DNA of 64,000 nt from Octopus sinensis. Taxonomy: Eukaryota. This document shows, one piece after another, positions 12,558-25,341 of this stretch (position 1 is the stretch's first letter; the number at the start of each line of letters is the position of its first letter). The stretch lies in the NCBI RefSeq assembly GCF_006345805.1, contig NC_043003.1, positions 97,774,001 through 97,838,000 on the forward strand, in the 5' to 3' direction. The notes below the pieces were generated by a model that saw only the letters and a list, made by a program, of their open reading frames with translations, was not told the origin of the DNA and searched no databases. A program made the position numbers and the translations under genes.

Positions 12558-15352
12558 TATGTGTATGGAGATGTACTTGCATAGCAAGTGACCTGACCTG
12601 AGATCATGTACTGGAACGAAAACAACTGCAGTATGGAAGGTGTTTATAAGCCATTTAAGAAACACACAAAAACCATTAGATTCACTTAAATGTTGAAGTG
12701 AATCTAATGGCTTTTGTGTGTTTTTTAAATGGCTTATACACACCTTCCACGCTGCAATTATATATATATATATATAAAATGTAATTTATTTACTGTGCAA
12801 TTGTGATTTTTTTTGTTTCTATATTTTTTGTTGGTGTTAAGGTTATGGCTCTTGTTATTGATTGGTGTATATATATTTTTGAATTTATATTGTTGTTTTT
12901 GTTGTTCTTCATTACGTTAAAGATCCAAAGTTCTCTGGTTCAATCAATGTTGGGGTTCAGCATCCTGAAGATAGTATTTAGTAGTTTTGCAAATTGTCAA
13001 AATTGTTAGAGCATCAGACAAAGTTCGTTTCGGTATTTGTTCCAATTTTTACATTCCAAGTTAAAATCCTACCAAGATCAACTTTGCCTTTCATTCCTTC
13101 CAGAGTCAGTACGAAAAGCAGTACTATGAAAACAACCAAGAGATTGATTGGTAGAATCAACAGCTTAATAGAAATCTCAGAAATCACTTTGTTTTGATCA
13201 CTGCTTATCATCTCCTCCTTGACCGACTTTTATTCCTTCACCTTACCCTAAACTGATAGTCATTATCATACGCTCTTCCTTGTATGCCATTCACTACATC
13301 ACCCTATATGCCTATCTATTATTCCCTGCCTCTGACCATCTATCATCTCTTACTTGATCCTCTGTCCCTGTCCATCTCACATTCATCTTCTTGTTTTTTG
13401 AGGGTATGTCCTGACTCCACATCACCATCACTTTCTCTCCTTTTCCAGCTAGGGTATCCATGTATCTCCTCTACAACAAAACATCTGTTCCTATCCTTTT
13501 GTCATACTCCTGCCTCTCAACACCTAGCATAAGCCACCTCCCTCTATCCTGCAATAAATTTCTGTAAAATTTGTATTATAATAAACAGTTTTGGCCCTTT
13601 ACTTTCTGAGTGAAGGCCAACTTTGTCTATCATTTGTCCAGAATCAATAAAATAAGGGACTGGTCAAGTTAATTGACTAACCTTGTTCTTTCAAATTTCT
13701 GAACGAGTTTCTATTTTAGAAGCAATTTCTATTTCTGTTAAAATATGTTTTCTGCTTCACTTACACCTGCTCTCTTACTACAAAAATATGGTCTAGTCAA
13801 GCCTTCTCCTACAACTCTTCACTGAACACTCATCCCTCCATCAGTCTTCTGTGGTATTACTTCCTCAGGTGCTGCAGATGATACTTGTCTTCCTACACTT
13901 CACATTGTATCCTTATTACTCTCCCTTATCACCTCCTCTTCTGCCTTTCTGACCCATTCCTATTTTCTTCCCTTCGCTTCTCCCCAAAACTGATTTTCAC
14001 TGCATCCACCTCAAACCTCATCTCCAATCATCCATCATACTCTTTTCACTATAATGCACTTACTTACCCACCCATCTTTTCTTTTCCTCTTTCTCTGTTC
14101 TCTCTTTATGCCTATTCACCATGTACACCTCATCTCTCTCTGTTTCCAGATGAGGAAGCTGTGTATTCACTTCTTCAACAAGATTCCTTCTTGTATCCAT
14201 CTATCATATTTTTATATCCCCTCAATACTTTACTTAACCTAGTTGAGAGAGTCTTGTCTTGTAAGTACTTGGTGACCTTACCAATGCAGATGCCACAGAA
14301 ATGAAAAAAAGCACCCAGTACACACTGTGAAATAGTTGGCGTTAGGAAGGGCATCCAACTCTATGTAAAAACCATGTCAAAGCAGACATTGCAGATTGGT
14401 GCAGCTTTCTGGTTTGTCAGTTCTTGTTGAACTGTTCAACCCATGCAAGCATGGTAAAAGGGACTTTAAATGACGATGCTCGCCATCATTACCATGAATC
14501 TAGTGTTGCTGATGCCGATGAGGCCCAATTATCTACCCATTGTATGACAGGGAAAATTTTTTAAAAAATAAAAGAACAACAGCAACAACAACAAAAATCC
14601 AGCATGATTATTGTGATGATGGTGTTGGTGGTGATGGTAACGTTGTGGTTATGTCAATGAGAATGTTTATGTTGATGCTTATAATAATTGTAATCATATA
14701 TATTTATATATGCTCTTAATTAACAATTTAATCAAATCTTAAATTGCTTTAAAATAAATAAACAAACAAACAAAAAAAAATGGTAGAATGTGACATTTTG
14801 AAGTATGATTGATGATTTACTGATTTCTTGTGCTTAATTTGATTAATCATTTTCCCATTTGTTTGTATTTTGAATTTCATCATTGTTATTTTTTGTTTCA
14901 TTTTATTTTTATTTATTTATTTATTATTAATTTCATTATGACATCAGAATATTCTAAGAAAGTCAACATAGCAATGTCATAAAAGTGTGGATGCATATCT
15001 CTCTCCCTGTCTTCCTCTTTCACGCACACGCATAATGGGAAAGCTGTTTCTAGTGACCCCCCCCCCTCATATATATATATATATATCCCCGAGTTTGTAT
15101 GATTGTGTATAGATGAATATATTAATCAATGTAATTCCAACATACTCTGATTTTCACGTTTTATTATTTACAGTTTTACAATATTATTATTATATATTTA
15201 TTATGATAAAACTAGTACTTTCATGCGTTATGCAATCATCAGGTTTATGTAGTATTAGTGATAGTCATGTTCCACAATTGACATATATATATTGTGTGTG
15301 TATAGTTATACGTATGGCTGCTACTGTTGAGTGCTTTGCACTTCATGTAAAT

Positions 15353-15646
15353 TGGTGGTTCCCAAAGTGGGTGGTAGTTCCCCCTTGGGTGTGTGGAAAG
15401 ATCCAGTGAGGCGTTGAAGAAAAGTGTGGCGATAATGGGGTGGCAAAGAGTGGGTGATGGATGTAATAAAACCCCAAATAATGGGTTAATTAGGTTCAGT
15501 TTTATTTGTGAAATATAGTTGTTTTGAATTTGCTGCAGAAAGTGGTCTATGTTTGTGGTAGTGAGAGGGGTGAGGTGGGGTGGGGCATTAGGAATGTGGC
15601 CTGGGTGCCAAGTGGGTCGCAACCTGAAAATGTTTGGGAACCACTG
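15353..15646. mobile_element. hAT (Charlie/Buster-type) MITE
   Basis: TIRs TGGTGGTTCCCAAA / TTTGGGAACCACTG. TSD ATGTAAAT / ATGTAGAT (7/8). Confidence 0.75.
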
Positions 15647-16019
15647 ATGTAGATTATCATCATCTAGTCTCTTTCCACTATAGTGGTTTGGTTACTTCTT
15701 TACTTAATAGTATTCCTAGTTATGGTATGCAAAGCAAATGTAGAAATAATTATGATCAACACAAGTCTATAGCATTTCTTCCCTACATATGTTTCACTGT
15801 TGTGGTTGTTTGGAACCTTTACATTGGAGGTTGCAGAGATCAAATGTTTCTATAAGGGCATCCAGCTGTAGAAACCATGCCAAATCTAACTGGAGTCTTT
15901 TGCAGCTCCTCACCATCCCCAGCTTGACAGCTCTGGTCACACCATCCAACCCATGCCAGCATGGATTACTGATGTTAAATGATGATGATGACGATGGCAT
16001 TGGCCTGATGATCCATTGT

Positions 16020-16255
16020 TGTTAAGCATCCAATTGAATTTGAGGTAAATGGACTGTGAAAACGAGGTAGACCGAGGAAAACATGGAGGGGACAGGTGGA
16101 GGAGGAAATTGGGAGGGTTGGCTTGAGAAGGGAGGATACCCAAAACAGGGCAAGATGGTGTGAGAGCAGTTGCTTTGGCATTGAGGTAGATCTGGCCACT
16201 CCTGTTAATGGGGACAAAACCCGGATTTAAAACATTGGATCATGATGATGATGGT
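16020..16255 (+). mobile_element. RTE LINE 3' fragment (a second RTE family)
   Basis: Translates to IEFEVNGL*KRGRPRKTWRGQVEEEIGRVGLRREDTQNRARW, a typical RTE C-terminus, followed by a CATGATGATGATG tail. Confidence 0.75.
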
Positions 16256-18243
16256 GAGTATAGAGGTTCCAAGCGACTACAGTGGTGAATTATACATCAG
16301 GAACATATAATATAAACTTGTGTTTGCCATAATTTCTCCTCTGTGTGTGTGTGTGTGTAGACAGTAGAAATTGTGTGTATAAGTAGATGTATACTGCTAC
16401 TGTTATTATGTTTAGAGCTCCATGTAGATTTTCATAATCCAATCTGCTTTCTGTATAGTTGTTAAGTAAGTTCTATACTGGGTAGTAATACTAGTTATGA
16501 GCTTCAGAGCAAATGTAGGAAAAATAATGGTAATCAGAGGTTTATTAAACTTCCTACACATGTTTCACCAATATAGTTGTTCAGAATGCATGTAAATGTT
16601 CAACCACAATGGATCCTTGGGGAACACTTTACTGTATCAAGTTACAGATAATGATGGACATAGTTATCTCTGTGTATGTGTATGCTTGTGTGAAGGTGCT
16701 TGGTGTAGTGGTTAGGGTGTTGCGCTCGCAATCATGGGGTTGTGGTTTTGATTCCCAGACCAGCTGTGTGATGTGCTCTTGAGCAAAGCACTTCATTTCA
16801 TGCTGCTCCAGCCCACTCAGCTATAAGTGGGTAGCCCTGCAATGAACTGGCATTCTGTTCAAGGGGAATGTTGGTGTACCTGTCTAGCCAGCAAGGTAGC
16901 ATCATTTGAAAGCTAAAATAGTGTGTGTGTGAATTAGAAGCAGCTTTTCTTTTAAAAATGTGATTGAAGATACTGTTACATGTCCCACTTCTTTATAATT
17001 ATCATTCTCACAAATATAAGAAAACTAAGCACAATGGTTATGAGATGAAATAGTTAGTCATAAGATTAAATCTTACTACCATCATTATGCTGAATCAACC
17101 ACCTTGTCTCACTGAACAAACATAGGCTGTATTTCTATTTCATTATAATACTAGATATACAGTTATTGTGTTTACTTTGTATTAATTATTTCTACTGATT
17201 TAAAATACATGGAAAACACCAGACAACTTATTTTCTAATTCTGATTTTATACAAAACATGAATATCATGAATTATATTTAATCTACAGTAATCTATGTAT
17301 TATTAACTGTATTTATCAGTGACGGCAAATGGCCTAGTGAATAGGACATTAGACTCACTATAATAATATCCTTGGTTCAATTTCTGTACCAAGCAGTGCA
17401 TTGCGTCCTTTGAGCAAGGTATTTCATTTTATGTTTGTCCAGTTTATTTAGTTGAAAATGAATATTAGTGGTGTTGGTGCTATTTTCTATCTCACTAGCA
17501 TCACATCCTCAATGCTCTGCTGAGTTGAGAGGTGTTTTATGTCTGCTTGTGACTATGTTGGTACCTAAAACAATTTGCAAAAGCATAGTGAATGCTACCA
17601 AATAGTACTTACTCATGAGTGACAACTAGGGTTTTAATAAATTTGTTTTTATTGAGATAACTGTTGATGGTGGTTTCTGAAGTGTTAAATGTTTTACTCT
17701 ACTTAATGTATCATTTGTATGTTATCTGAATATAGATGGCTTTCAGTTGTAATCCGCTTGTTGATGTACAATGGAAGACTCAGATACTGTCATTTGTAGA
17801 AAAATGCATCTGTGAAGGAATAACAACAGTGCATATACTTAATAGAATCTATTGTTCAGCTCTATAAATGTGGGTATTTAGTGGTGAGCTACGCTTGTTA
17901 ATTTGTTAGATTAATCATTTTTATATTTACATATTTTTAATTCAATTTCTCTACACACCTGAGATTTTATATTTGCAGTCATCATATTGAGAGTTGTTTT
18001 TTTAAAATTGATATAAAGTACTTTGTTGGTATACAAATATTTCCATTGTTGTTTAATAATTTCAGAATTTAGGATAGGTGTCAAGAATGTGTAACTTGGA
18101 TTATTAAAGTGATTTTAAGTTAATTACTTAAAAATTTATTGTATCTTCTTACTGCCACACTGTACTTGGCAAATTTGTGTCATTGCAATTGTATGTGTGT
18201 CAATTTATTATTAAAATATACCTATTTTTGTTTTCTGCTGCAG

Positions 18244-18267
18244 ACGGCAGATCAATGAAGAAATGCG
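18244..18267 (+). CDS. EXOC1: EXOC1 microexon, 24 nt (RQINEEMR)
   Basis: ttttctgctgcag|ACGG...TGCG|gtaagt. Phase 2-2, splices in frame to 19586 (RQINEEMR-RMMTDLF). Confidence 0.8.
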
Positions 18268-19585
18268 GTAAGTACTTGGAATATCAGATACATTCTTCAG
18301 TATCAAGTATAGTCTGTAGTGTAAGATCCTCATGTAAATGCATTTCATGGAACCAGTAAAATGTCTTGCCAAAGGTTTCCCTGGAAAGGAAACTTCTATG
18401 TCATCACTCAACCTTCTGAATGAAGTAGTCGATGTATCTGAACTAAACCATGCTGTTTTAAAATGGTTAAGAAAGCTACATGTGTAAAGTTCTAAACTGG
18501 AATCAGCTTTAAAATTTACAATGAAAACTGAATGGCCATAGCTAGAAATATTTGAATGCTTTGTTGAATGGGTCACCTCCTTGTCATAGATGTCTTGAAG
18601 GAGAGGTTATTGTGATTGCTCAGCACCAACAATAACTAAAACACATCATCACGGTTGTTGCCGCTATATTGTACAGTTATTCTTTAGCAAACAGGCACAT
18701 CTACAACACTCCAGAATACTGTCTCTCTCATTCAGTTCTGCTAAACATAAGAAATTCACACAAAAAGTGGCAACATCAAAAACTATATTTTCTCCAAATA
18801 CTGTATTGGGATACATAGGACCAGTGATAAAAGCAGAGGAATAATATTTGGTATGTTTGAAAAGATTTAATTTCATTCATTTTTGGTATGGCCACCACTA
18901 GAATCTATAGACATATCAAAATAGATTGACCAATTGATATCATGTTCAGACTGCAACACTGCACCACATACAGTTATCCACTGCCCATTGGAATGTGCAT
19001 TATGACCCTCTGGTAAAAATAATTGTGCATCTTAATGTCAAGGTGTAAGTTACCATTTTGATAGAAATCAATAAAATAAAAATCTGATTGAAAAAATTGA
19101 AAAAATATTGTCTTCAATATAATAGAATGTTTTCAGTTTCATTCCATAGTTAATATTGTTTACTTCTTGATGTAAAGATAAAACTAATAAAATAAAAATT
19201 TGTAAGATGAAAGAAATGGCAAACATTTAACAAAGAATATAGTTTTCAAAGATGTTCTCCCCAAGACTGTACCTTTAGTTTTACCTGTGTGGATGTTACA
19301 TCATCTCAAGAATAAAATATTTATGAAAAACAAGGCAATTTCAAAATATTATGTATTTCATGGTTCTCTATAAACTTCCAGCAAATCTTGTAGTTTCCAA
19401 AATAAACTTAGAATTTCAACAGGTATTTCTAGTCTAATATGCCAAAATATTTTTCATGTGAAGTATGTGTTAGGGGTTGTTACTACTATTTATTTACTCT
19501 GCACTAGTGTTGACAAACAGAACAGATTGTTTGATATTTCAATGATTATTAGGCTATTACATTTCTAAATGTATCACAATTTCAG

Positions 19586-19666
19586 ACGTATGATGACTGA
19601 TTTATTCCCAAGCTTGGAAACTGAATTGGAAAATTTCATTACATTTGCAGATAAACTTGATGGATG
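19586..19666 (+). CDS. EXOC1: EXOC1 exon (RMMTDLFPSLETELENFITFADKLDG)
   Basis: ttcag|...|gtaagt, 81 nt. Resembles human EXOC1 [27 protein letters not shown] as recalled. Confidence 0.92.
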
Positions 19667-20514
19667 GTAAGTTGATAATTTTTGATTAATAAAAAAAAAA
19701 AAAAATTCTAATCTATATTAACACTCTCTTACGTATTCTTACTGAATATAATATATCGATTCCTTCACAAAGTGGTTTACTCAGTTTGCCTAGTTGCAGC
19801 AGGTGGCACACAACACACAGAAAGCATCCAGCTATAAAATTACTTGCCCCAAAAATATGTATTTTAAAAAGATATAACAGAAGTTCAGAGGTTCATTTAT
19901 AAATCTAAAGGCTTTTGACTATGTTTACAGGTTTTTTCTTTTGGTTGTTCTCTCTGATTTACATTTTATATTCTAGCTTGAATACATCCCCTTATCTGTT
20001 GTAAATACTCACTCTATACTCTTTGATTCATATTTTCCCTTCTACACACTGATGCTCCTGTGCTTGTTCTAGTGTTTCGATTCTCTGCTTGTCTTTTATG
20101 TTATTGCCTATTGGTTTTATTCTTTCTTTTGTTAGCTTACATCATCTGTCATCTATATTTTATCCACAAATATCAATTTTCAAGTGAGCAGACGATCGAT
20201 AATTGCACTTATGTCTATGCTTTAAGTGATAGGTAATATAAAAAATTTAGTTCAATCAAAAAAAAAAAAAGAAATTACACTTTTTAATTATCCACTCACC
20301 ACTGTCACCTTCACCACCACCACCACCACCACCGCCACCTTCACCACCTCTCTTTCTAACCTCACCATCAGAACATCACCCCTCTGGTAAAATTATATTT
20401 CTAACTCTCCTCCACATCACTACCTTCAACTAACTTTTTTATCCACGTAATTATTATTATGTTCCCCCTACCCCATGTCATGGACGCTTCTCTCTCCCTC
20501 TTTAGTGTTCAGCA

Positions 20515-21645
20515 CTTATTTCAGTTCAATGTGACTGTCATTTGCTTTCTGTAACGGTTCAAACCATTAATGAAATGATGCACATGTCTTAACTATTTCT
20601 TTCTTTTGCATTTTACTGAATGCTTGCTTGATGTAAGCCTTCAGAGAAGACATACAGTTGTGAGAAGTTGTGTTGGATATTTCTGCAGCTGGGCTCCATA
20701 GCCAAAACTCACACTAATTCAAATCTTACAAGCTAGAGGGCCAAATATCTTTAGGGACAAACATGGGCAATTCTTTTCGAAGAATGGGCTGGCGCAGAGT
20801 CCTGTACAAACATAAACCAAACTTGCATCAAAATGCTTCCTAATCCAAGGCAACAAAACTTCTAAGATTTTGATATACTCTGGTGTGTTGATTTTAAGAT
20901 CTGCTTCAATAAAATGAAGAGGTATCAATTTCCCATCAGTTGCAACAGCTCCAAAGACCATAATGGAAGCTGGGTTCTTGCTATGCATAGCTGAAGGAAC
21001 TTAGGAAGGGTTGTTCACTGTCACTCGTGAGTTTTGATGGTTTGCAACTTCTTCTATCACGAACATCTTTTCATTACAAAAATGCAGACGTCTCCACCAC
21101 GATGTTTCAGATGACTAAGAAGTTAGAGACTTCTTTCAGTTCAAATGGCTTTGGAGGATGTTACGGTGTTTCCTCACATACAATTTCATATGGAGGTCTT
21201 GTCTCACAGCCCCAGAAATGGTCATTTTACTGATTCTTTGATCTTGAGACTACTTTGACATTGATTTTGATGGGTTTGACTCAATCGATCTTTCAAGTCC
21301 TGTTAAGAAGTGAGGTGTGCGTTTTTGGTTACTACAAGGTCTGTGAGGCTTTCTCTGAACATCCTGACTTTTCTTCAAATTGGCTACAACTTTAAAAACA
21401 GTAGATTTGGCATACTTTGTGGCTCTAACAATCTCCCCAGCACATTTGCCAGTGCAGAATAATTCGGCAATTACACTTCTACAGTTTAGTTCTGTATTAA
21501 CATTCATAGTTTGTTCAACCCAAAGTATAAAATACTACAAGTGATTATTCAAGTTGGTAATATTTTGAATTTAGCCTCCAATAAAATCTATACAATTAGA
21601 AATATACCCATTTGAAATTTGTCCTAATTTAGCTGTTATACCCTG
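20515..21645 (-). mobile_element. Decayed Tc1/mariner element, DD37D (maT/Bmmar1-like), one TIR missing
   Basis: Minus-strand fragments: N-terminal HTH (ORF 21250-21507), KNPASIMVFGAVATDGK, VQDSAPAH and KDIWPSS.*DLN. The end CCCTG|TA at 21641-21647 (TA-CAGGG on minus) is present; no matching left TIR was found. Confidence 0.8.
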
Positions 21646-21826
21646 TATATATAAGGAACTTTATCTTGAGGTTTGATGACAACAAGTCTCTTCAGATCTC
21701 AAGAATCTTTCTGAGGATTCTTGCTGAATATAAGAAGGTACTTTTCTGTTAGTCAACAATGTGAGTCTCCAATACAACCACTTTCAATCTCTTACTAACT
21801 ACTTTTTTGTCTTTTTTTTTTTGCAG

Positions 21827-21953
21827 CAACTCCATGTATATGTTGGTGCGTATGAGCCAACATGTAATTAACACGCAGGATGCCGGTTCCTTCTTAAGCA
21901 TGACGTTTGCTAATTGCCTTGTCAAGACCAAACGTAACTTTGATCGTTTCATT
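21827..21953 (+). CDS. EXOC1: EXOC1 exon (NSMYMLVRMSQHVINTQDAGSFLSMTFANCLVKTKRNFDRFI)
   Basis: Poly-T tract ttgcag| ... |gtaagt, 127 nt. Strong similarity to Sec3 NSLYMLVKMSHHV...SFLS..GNVLV.VKRNFDKCI. Confidence 0.95.
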
Positions 21954-22075
21954 GTAAGTGAAAGAAAAAACAAACAAAGACTACTCATAACTCAATTACT
22001 TTCCGTAATTAGACTGATCATAAATTTTACCCAAATGTAAAACCTATATTTATTGGTCGTTTTTTAAAATTTCAG

Positions 22076-22159
22076 CAAAACAAGATTACTGCCATCAAGG
22101 AAAGCAAGATCTCCAAGAAAAACAAGTGTGGCATCATCAATTTTGTTTCTGATTTTGAT
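22076..22159 (+). CDS. EXOC1: EXOC1 exon (QNKITAIKESKISKKNKCGIINFVSDFD)
   Basis: tttcag| ... |gtgagt, 84 nt, phase 0-0. Matches KISKKSKVGILPFV. Confidence 0.95.
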
Positions 22160-23106
22160 GTGAGTATTTTAATTTGTTTGTTGTTCATGTACTGTCATTT
22201 CTTTCTCTGTATGTGTGTGTGTGTGTGTGTGTGTTTCTTTCTTTTTTTTTTGTTAGTTAAAATAATTAGGTGTATGTGTGATTAAAAAGCTCACATGGTT
22301 TCAGGTTCAGTCCCATTGCATAACACCTTAGGCAAGTATCTTGTACTATATCCCTGGGCTGACCAATGCCTTTTAACTGAATTTGGTAGACAGAAACTTT
22401 GTTGTAGTCCCATGTAAAATGCATTCATGCCAGTGCTATGTGGAATGCACTTGTGTCTGTACTACTTAATATGCACTTGTGCCGGTGGCATGTAATATGC
22501 ACCTGTGCCAGTAGCCTGTAAAAAGCATGCAATGCACTCTGTAGAGTGTTTGGCATTAAGAAGGGCATCCAACTGTAGAAACCATATCAATTCACACAAT
22601 TTGGAGCCTTGACAGCTCTCTGGTTGGCCTGCTGGTGTCAAACTGTCCAACCCATGCAAGCATGGAAAACAGATTGTTGGCGATTTTCTTTCTCCATCTT
22701 CCTTTCTTTGGACTTTTTCTATATTTCTGATGAAGAGTTCTGCTCGAAATGTGAAATCCTCTTTCTTTTCTTTCCTTTCCTGAGCATCCAATAACACTGT
22801 ACTTATTCCACGTCCTCGCATTGTTGTTTTTTCTCGCTTGTTCATGTTTGGAATGATGATATGTAAGTTCAGCAAAATTTAGATTCAGATGAATATGGTA
22901 CTTAATTTAAAGGCACCCAAATTTGGTATGTTATTATCCATATAAATCAAATGGGGTGATTATAATCAAAATAAGCAACAAGGATATCCAAGGTAGTGTA
23001 GTACAATCGTTTCATGCTACTTCATTTTATTAAACAATGCAAATATTGCATCAGTTTTAAAATGTAGAGCAATCTTCAGCCACATATAGAATTTTAAATT
23101 AAATAG

Positions 23107-23154
<48 letters not shown>

Positions 23155-23176
23155 ACACATACATTTATATACATAT

Positions 23177-23207
<31 letters not shown>

Positions 23208-24347
23208 GTATATATATGTATATAAATGTATGTGTATTTTTTCAATGTGTACAAATAACACAGAAAAAATAAATAAGTAGTTACCAGGGTAGCAAAAATT
23301 CACGTAAGTGCCAAGGATATTACAGCCTACTTACAACGGTAGAAATACCAGGGTTAAGTGAAATGTTTTTGTATAACATAGATAAATTAAGAAATGGAAT
23401 CAAACACAGGTGTTATTCAAATCGTTATGCTTCCAACATATGTTTCGAAGAAAGCATTGATATTATTCTGGAGGGAATAAAATGGGTGTTGCACTCATGA
23501 TCATTGGATTGTGGTTTCAATTTACAGACCAGCTGTGCATTGTGTTTTTGAGCAAAACTCTTCATTTCACATTGTTCCAATTCTCTCAGCTGTAAATGGG
23601 TAACCTTACAATGAATTGGTGCATAAGGGTGAGATGGTGACTAGGAAAATCACCTGGATGGAGGTCTCATGATCCATGTTTTGTATTTAGTGATCAAAAG
23701 GATGAATAGTACAACCCATACTGTGAATCCCAAATAGTTGGAATTAGTTCAACTACGTTGAAGAATGACTGAATGAATGCGTTACTTTTCCTTTAAAGAT
23801 GGTAGGATGTGGGTAGAAGGAAGTTTGGTTGCTATTTCTCACAGATTGTACAACACCGAAGAAGCTTGCTCTTTAGCTTGAAGAATTGGTGTGATACTGT
23901 GGTCAAGTGGCTCCAGTCAGCTTTGTCAAAATCTACTTCTGATATATATACTTTGACAGAAGTAACTGACAGAAGTAATTAAACCACAACATTGTGCCAA
24001 TTAATAGCATAAGTATAAAGTGGTGAGCTGGCAGAATTACTTATGTGCCTGGCAAAATACTTAACAGCATTTTATCTGTCTTCTTGTTCTGAGTTCAGAT
24101 ACTGCCTGGGGTGACTTTGACTTTCATCCTTTTGAGGTTGATAGAATAAGTATCAGTTGAACACTGGGGTCGATGTGTTTAACTTATCCCCACCCCTGAA
24201 ATTGCTGGCCCTATGCCAAAATTTGAAACCAATTAATAGGATTAGTTTGATGAAGAATTGTTTGATTAATATTTTAGCAATGATTGATTATCTTAATTTT
24301 ATTGTGTGGATTGCTATCTGAGATTTGAGAACCAAAACCTCTCCATT

Positions 24348-24577
24348 TTAACCCTTTAGTATTTAAACTGGCCATATCAGGCCCAAATAATCTACCTGTT
24401 TTATGTTCAAACTGACCAGACCAAGCCTCTCTCAAAACTACCCTACTATGTCATTTTTAAAATACACAATCACATCATCAAAATCTCAGACCTGTGAGAT
24501 AATGTATGATTAATTCAAAACAATGTGAATAAATAAGCATTATGTTTGACAGAGTAATCTGAATGCTAAAGGATTAA
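24348..24577. mobile_element. piggyBac-like MITE (family P1), uninterrupted
   Basis: TTAA-CCCTTTAGTATT ... AATGCTAAAGGA-TTAA. Inverted paralogue of 735-1286. Confidence 0.75.
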
Positions 24578-24747
24578 AGATGGATACAAATATAGTAGAA
24601 GAAACATGCAGTGCCACTGAATCTGAAGCCATATGGTTGCAAAGCAAACTTCTTAACTATGCATTTAATTTAAATCAGACATTTTTCAGGGATGTCATTG
24701 TTTATTGTGCTGTGTATTTCTAATTGGCCTTTCCGTTATATTTTTAG

Positions 24748-24901
24748 GAATTTGCAAAACAAGCTGAGATAATATTCAAAGGTTCTGATAGACGTGCCGA
24801 TTTGGAAAAAGCCTATTGCAAATTAGTTCATACAATATCTGATGAAATAGTACGTGTTGCCAAGGAACATCAAAAGACACCTGAACATGTCATATACATG
24901 G
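24748..24901 (+). CDS. EXOC1: EXOC1 exon (EFAKQAEIIFKGSDRRADLEKAY...QKTPEHVIYM)
   Basis: tttttag| ... |gtaggt, 154 nt. Matches [23 protein letters not shown]...QKTPRDVVMM. Confidence 0.95.
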
Positions 24902-25320
24902 GTAGGTATTGATTGCTCCCTCTTGGACTAATTTGATTTTATTAACGATCATAATTGGTGAATTTGTTGTTATGTTTGATTTTCTATTATAAATGGTAAG
25001 CTGAAATGATATTTATAAAGCCAGTGAGGAAGCATATATAGAGTTACTAGGTCTGCTAATAGAGGAGCTAAACCTCATTAAAGAAAATCTGAAGTAATTT
25101 ATCTGAAGTAATTAAGATTTTAATCTAAATCACATGGGTTTGTAAAGTGGTATATGATTGCAAATTTTGAAGGAGAGAATGATTTTGTTAGATTTATTAC
25201 ATTGTGAGTTCAAATCCATTCAACATCGACATTGCTTTTCATCTTTTTTTATGTTGATAAAATTAACCTAGTCAAATATAAGGAGAGATTTAATTGATTG
25301 TTTTTGTTTTTCTGTTGCAG

Positions 25321-25341
25321 AAAATTACCACCGAATGAATT
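25321..25341 (+). CDS. EXOC1: EXOC1 microexon, 21 nt (ENYHRMN)
   Basis: ttctgttgcag| ... |gtgagt, phase 1-1. Supplies the conserved MEN(F/Y)H motif. Confidence 0.9.

Noticed and set aside
13100-14230. CT-rich region with several ORFs and an ADDTCL motif
   Set aside because: Low complexity and too degraded to assign. Probably an old retroelement, but no coherent RT alignment.
14243-14260. cctag|18 nt|gtaagt microexon candidate
   Set aside because: It has a TGA stop in the phase required by the downstream EXOC1 exon and sits in degenerate repeat sequence.
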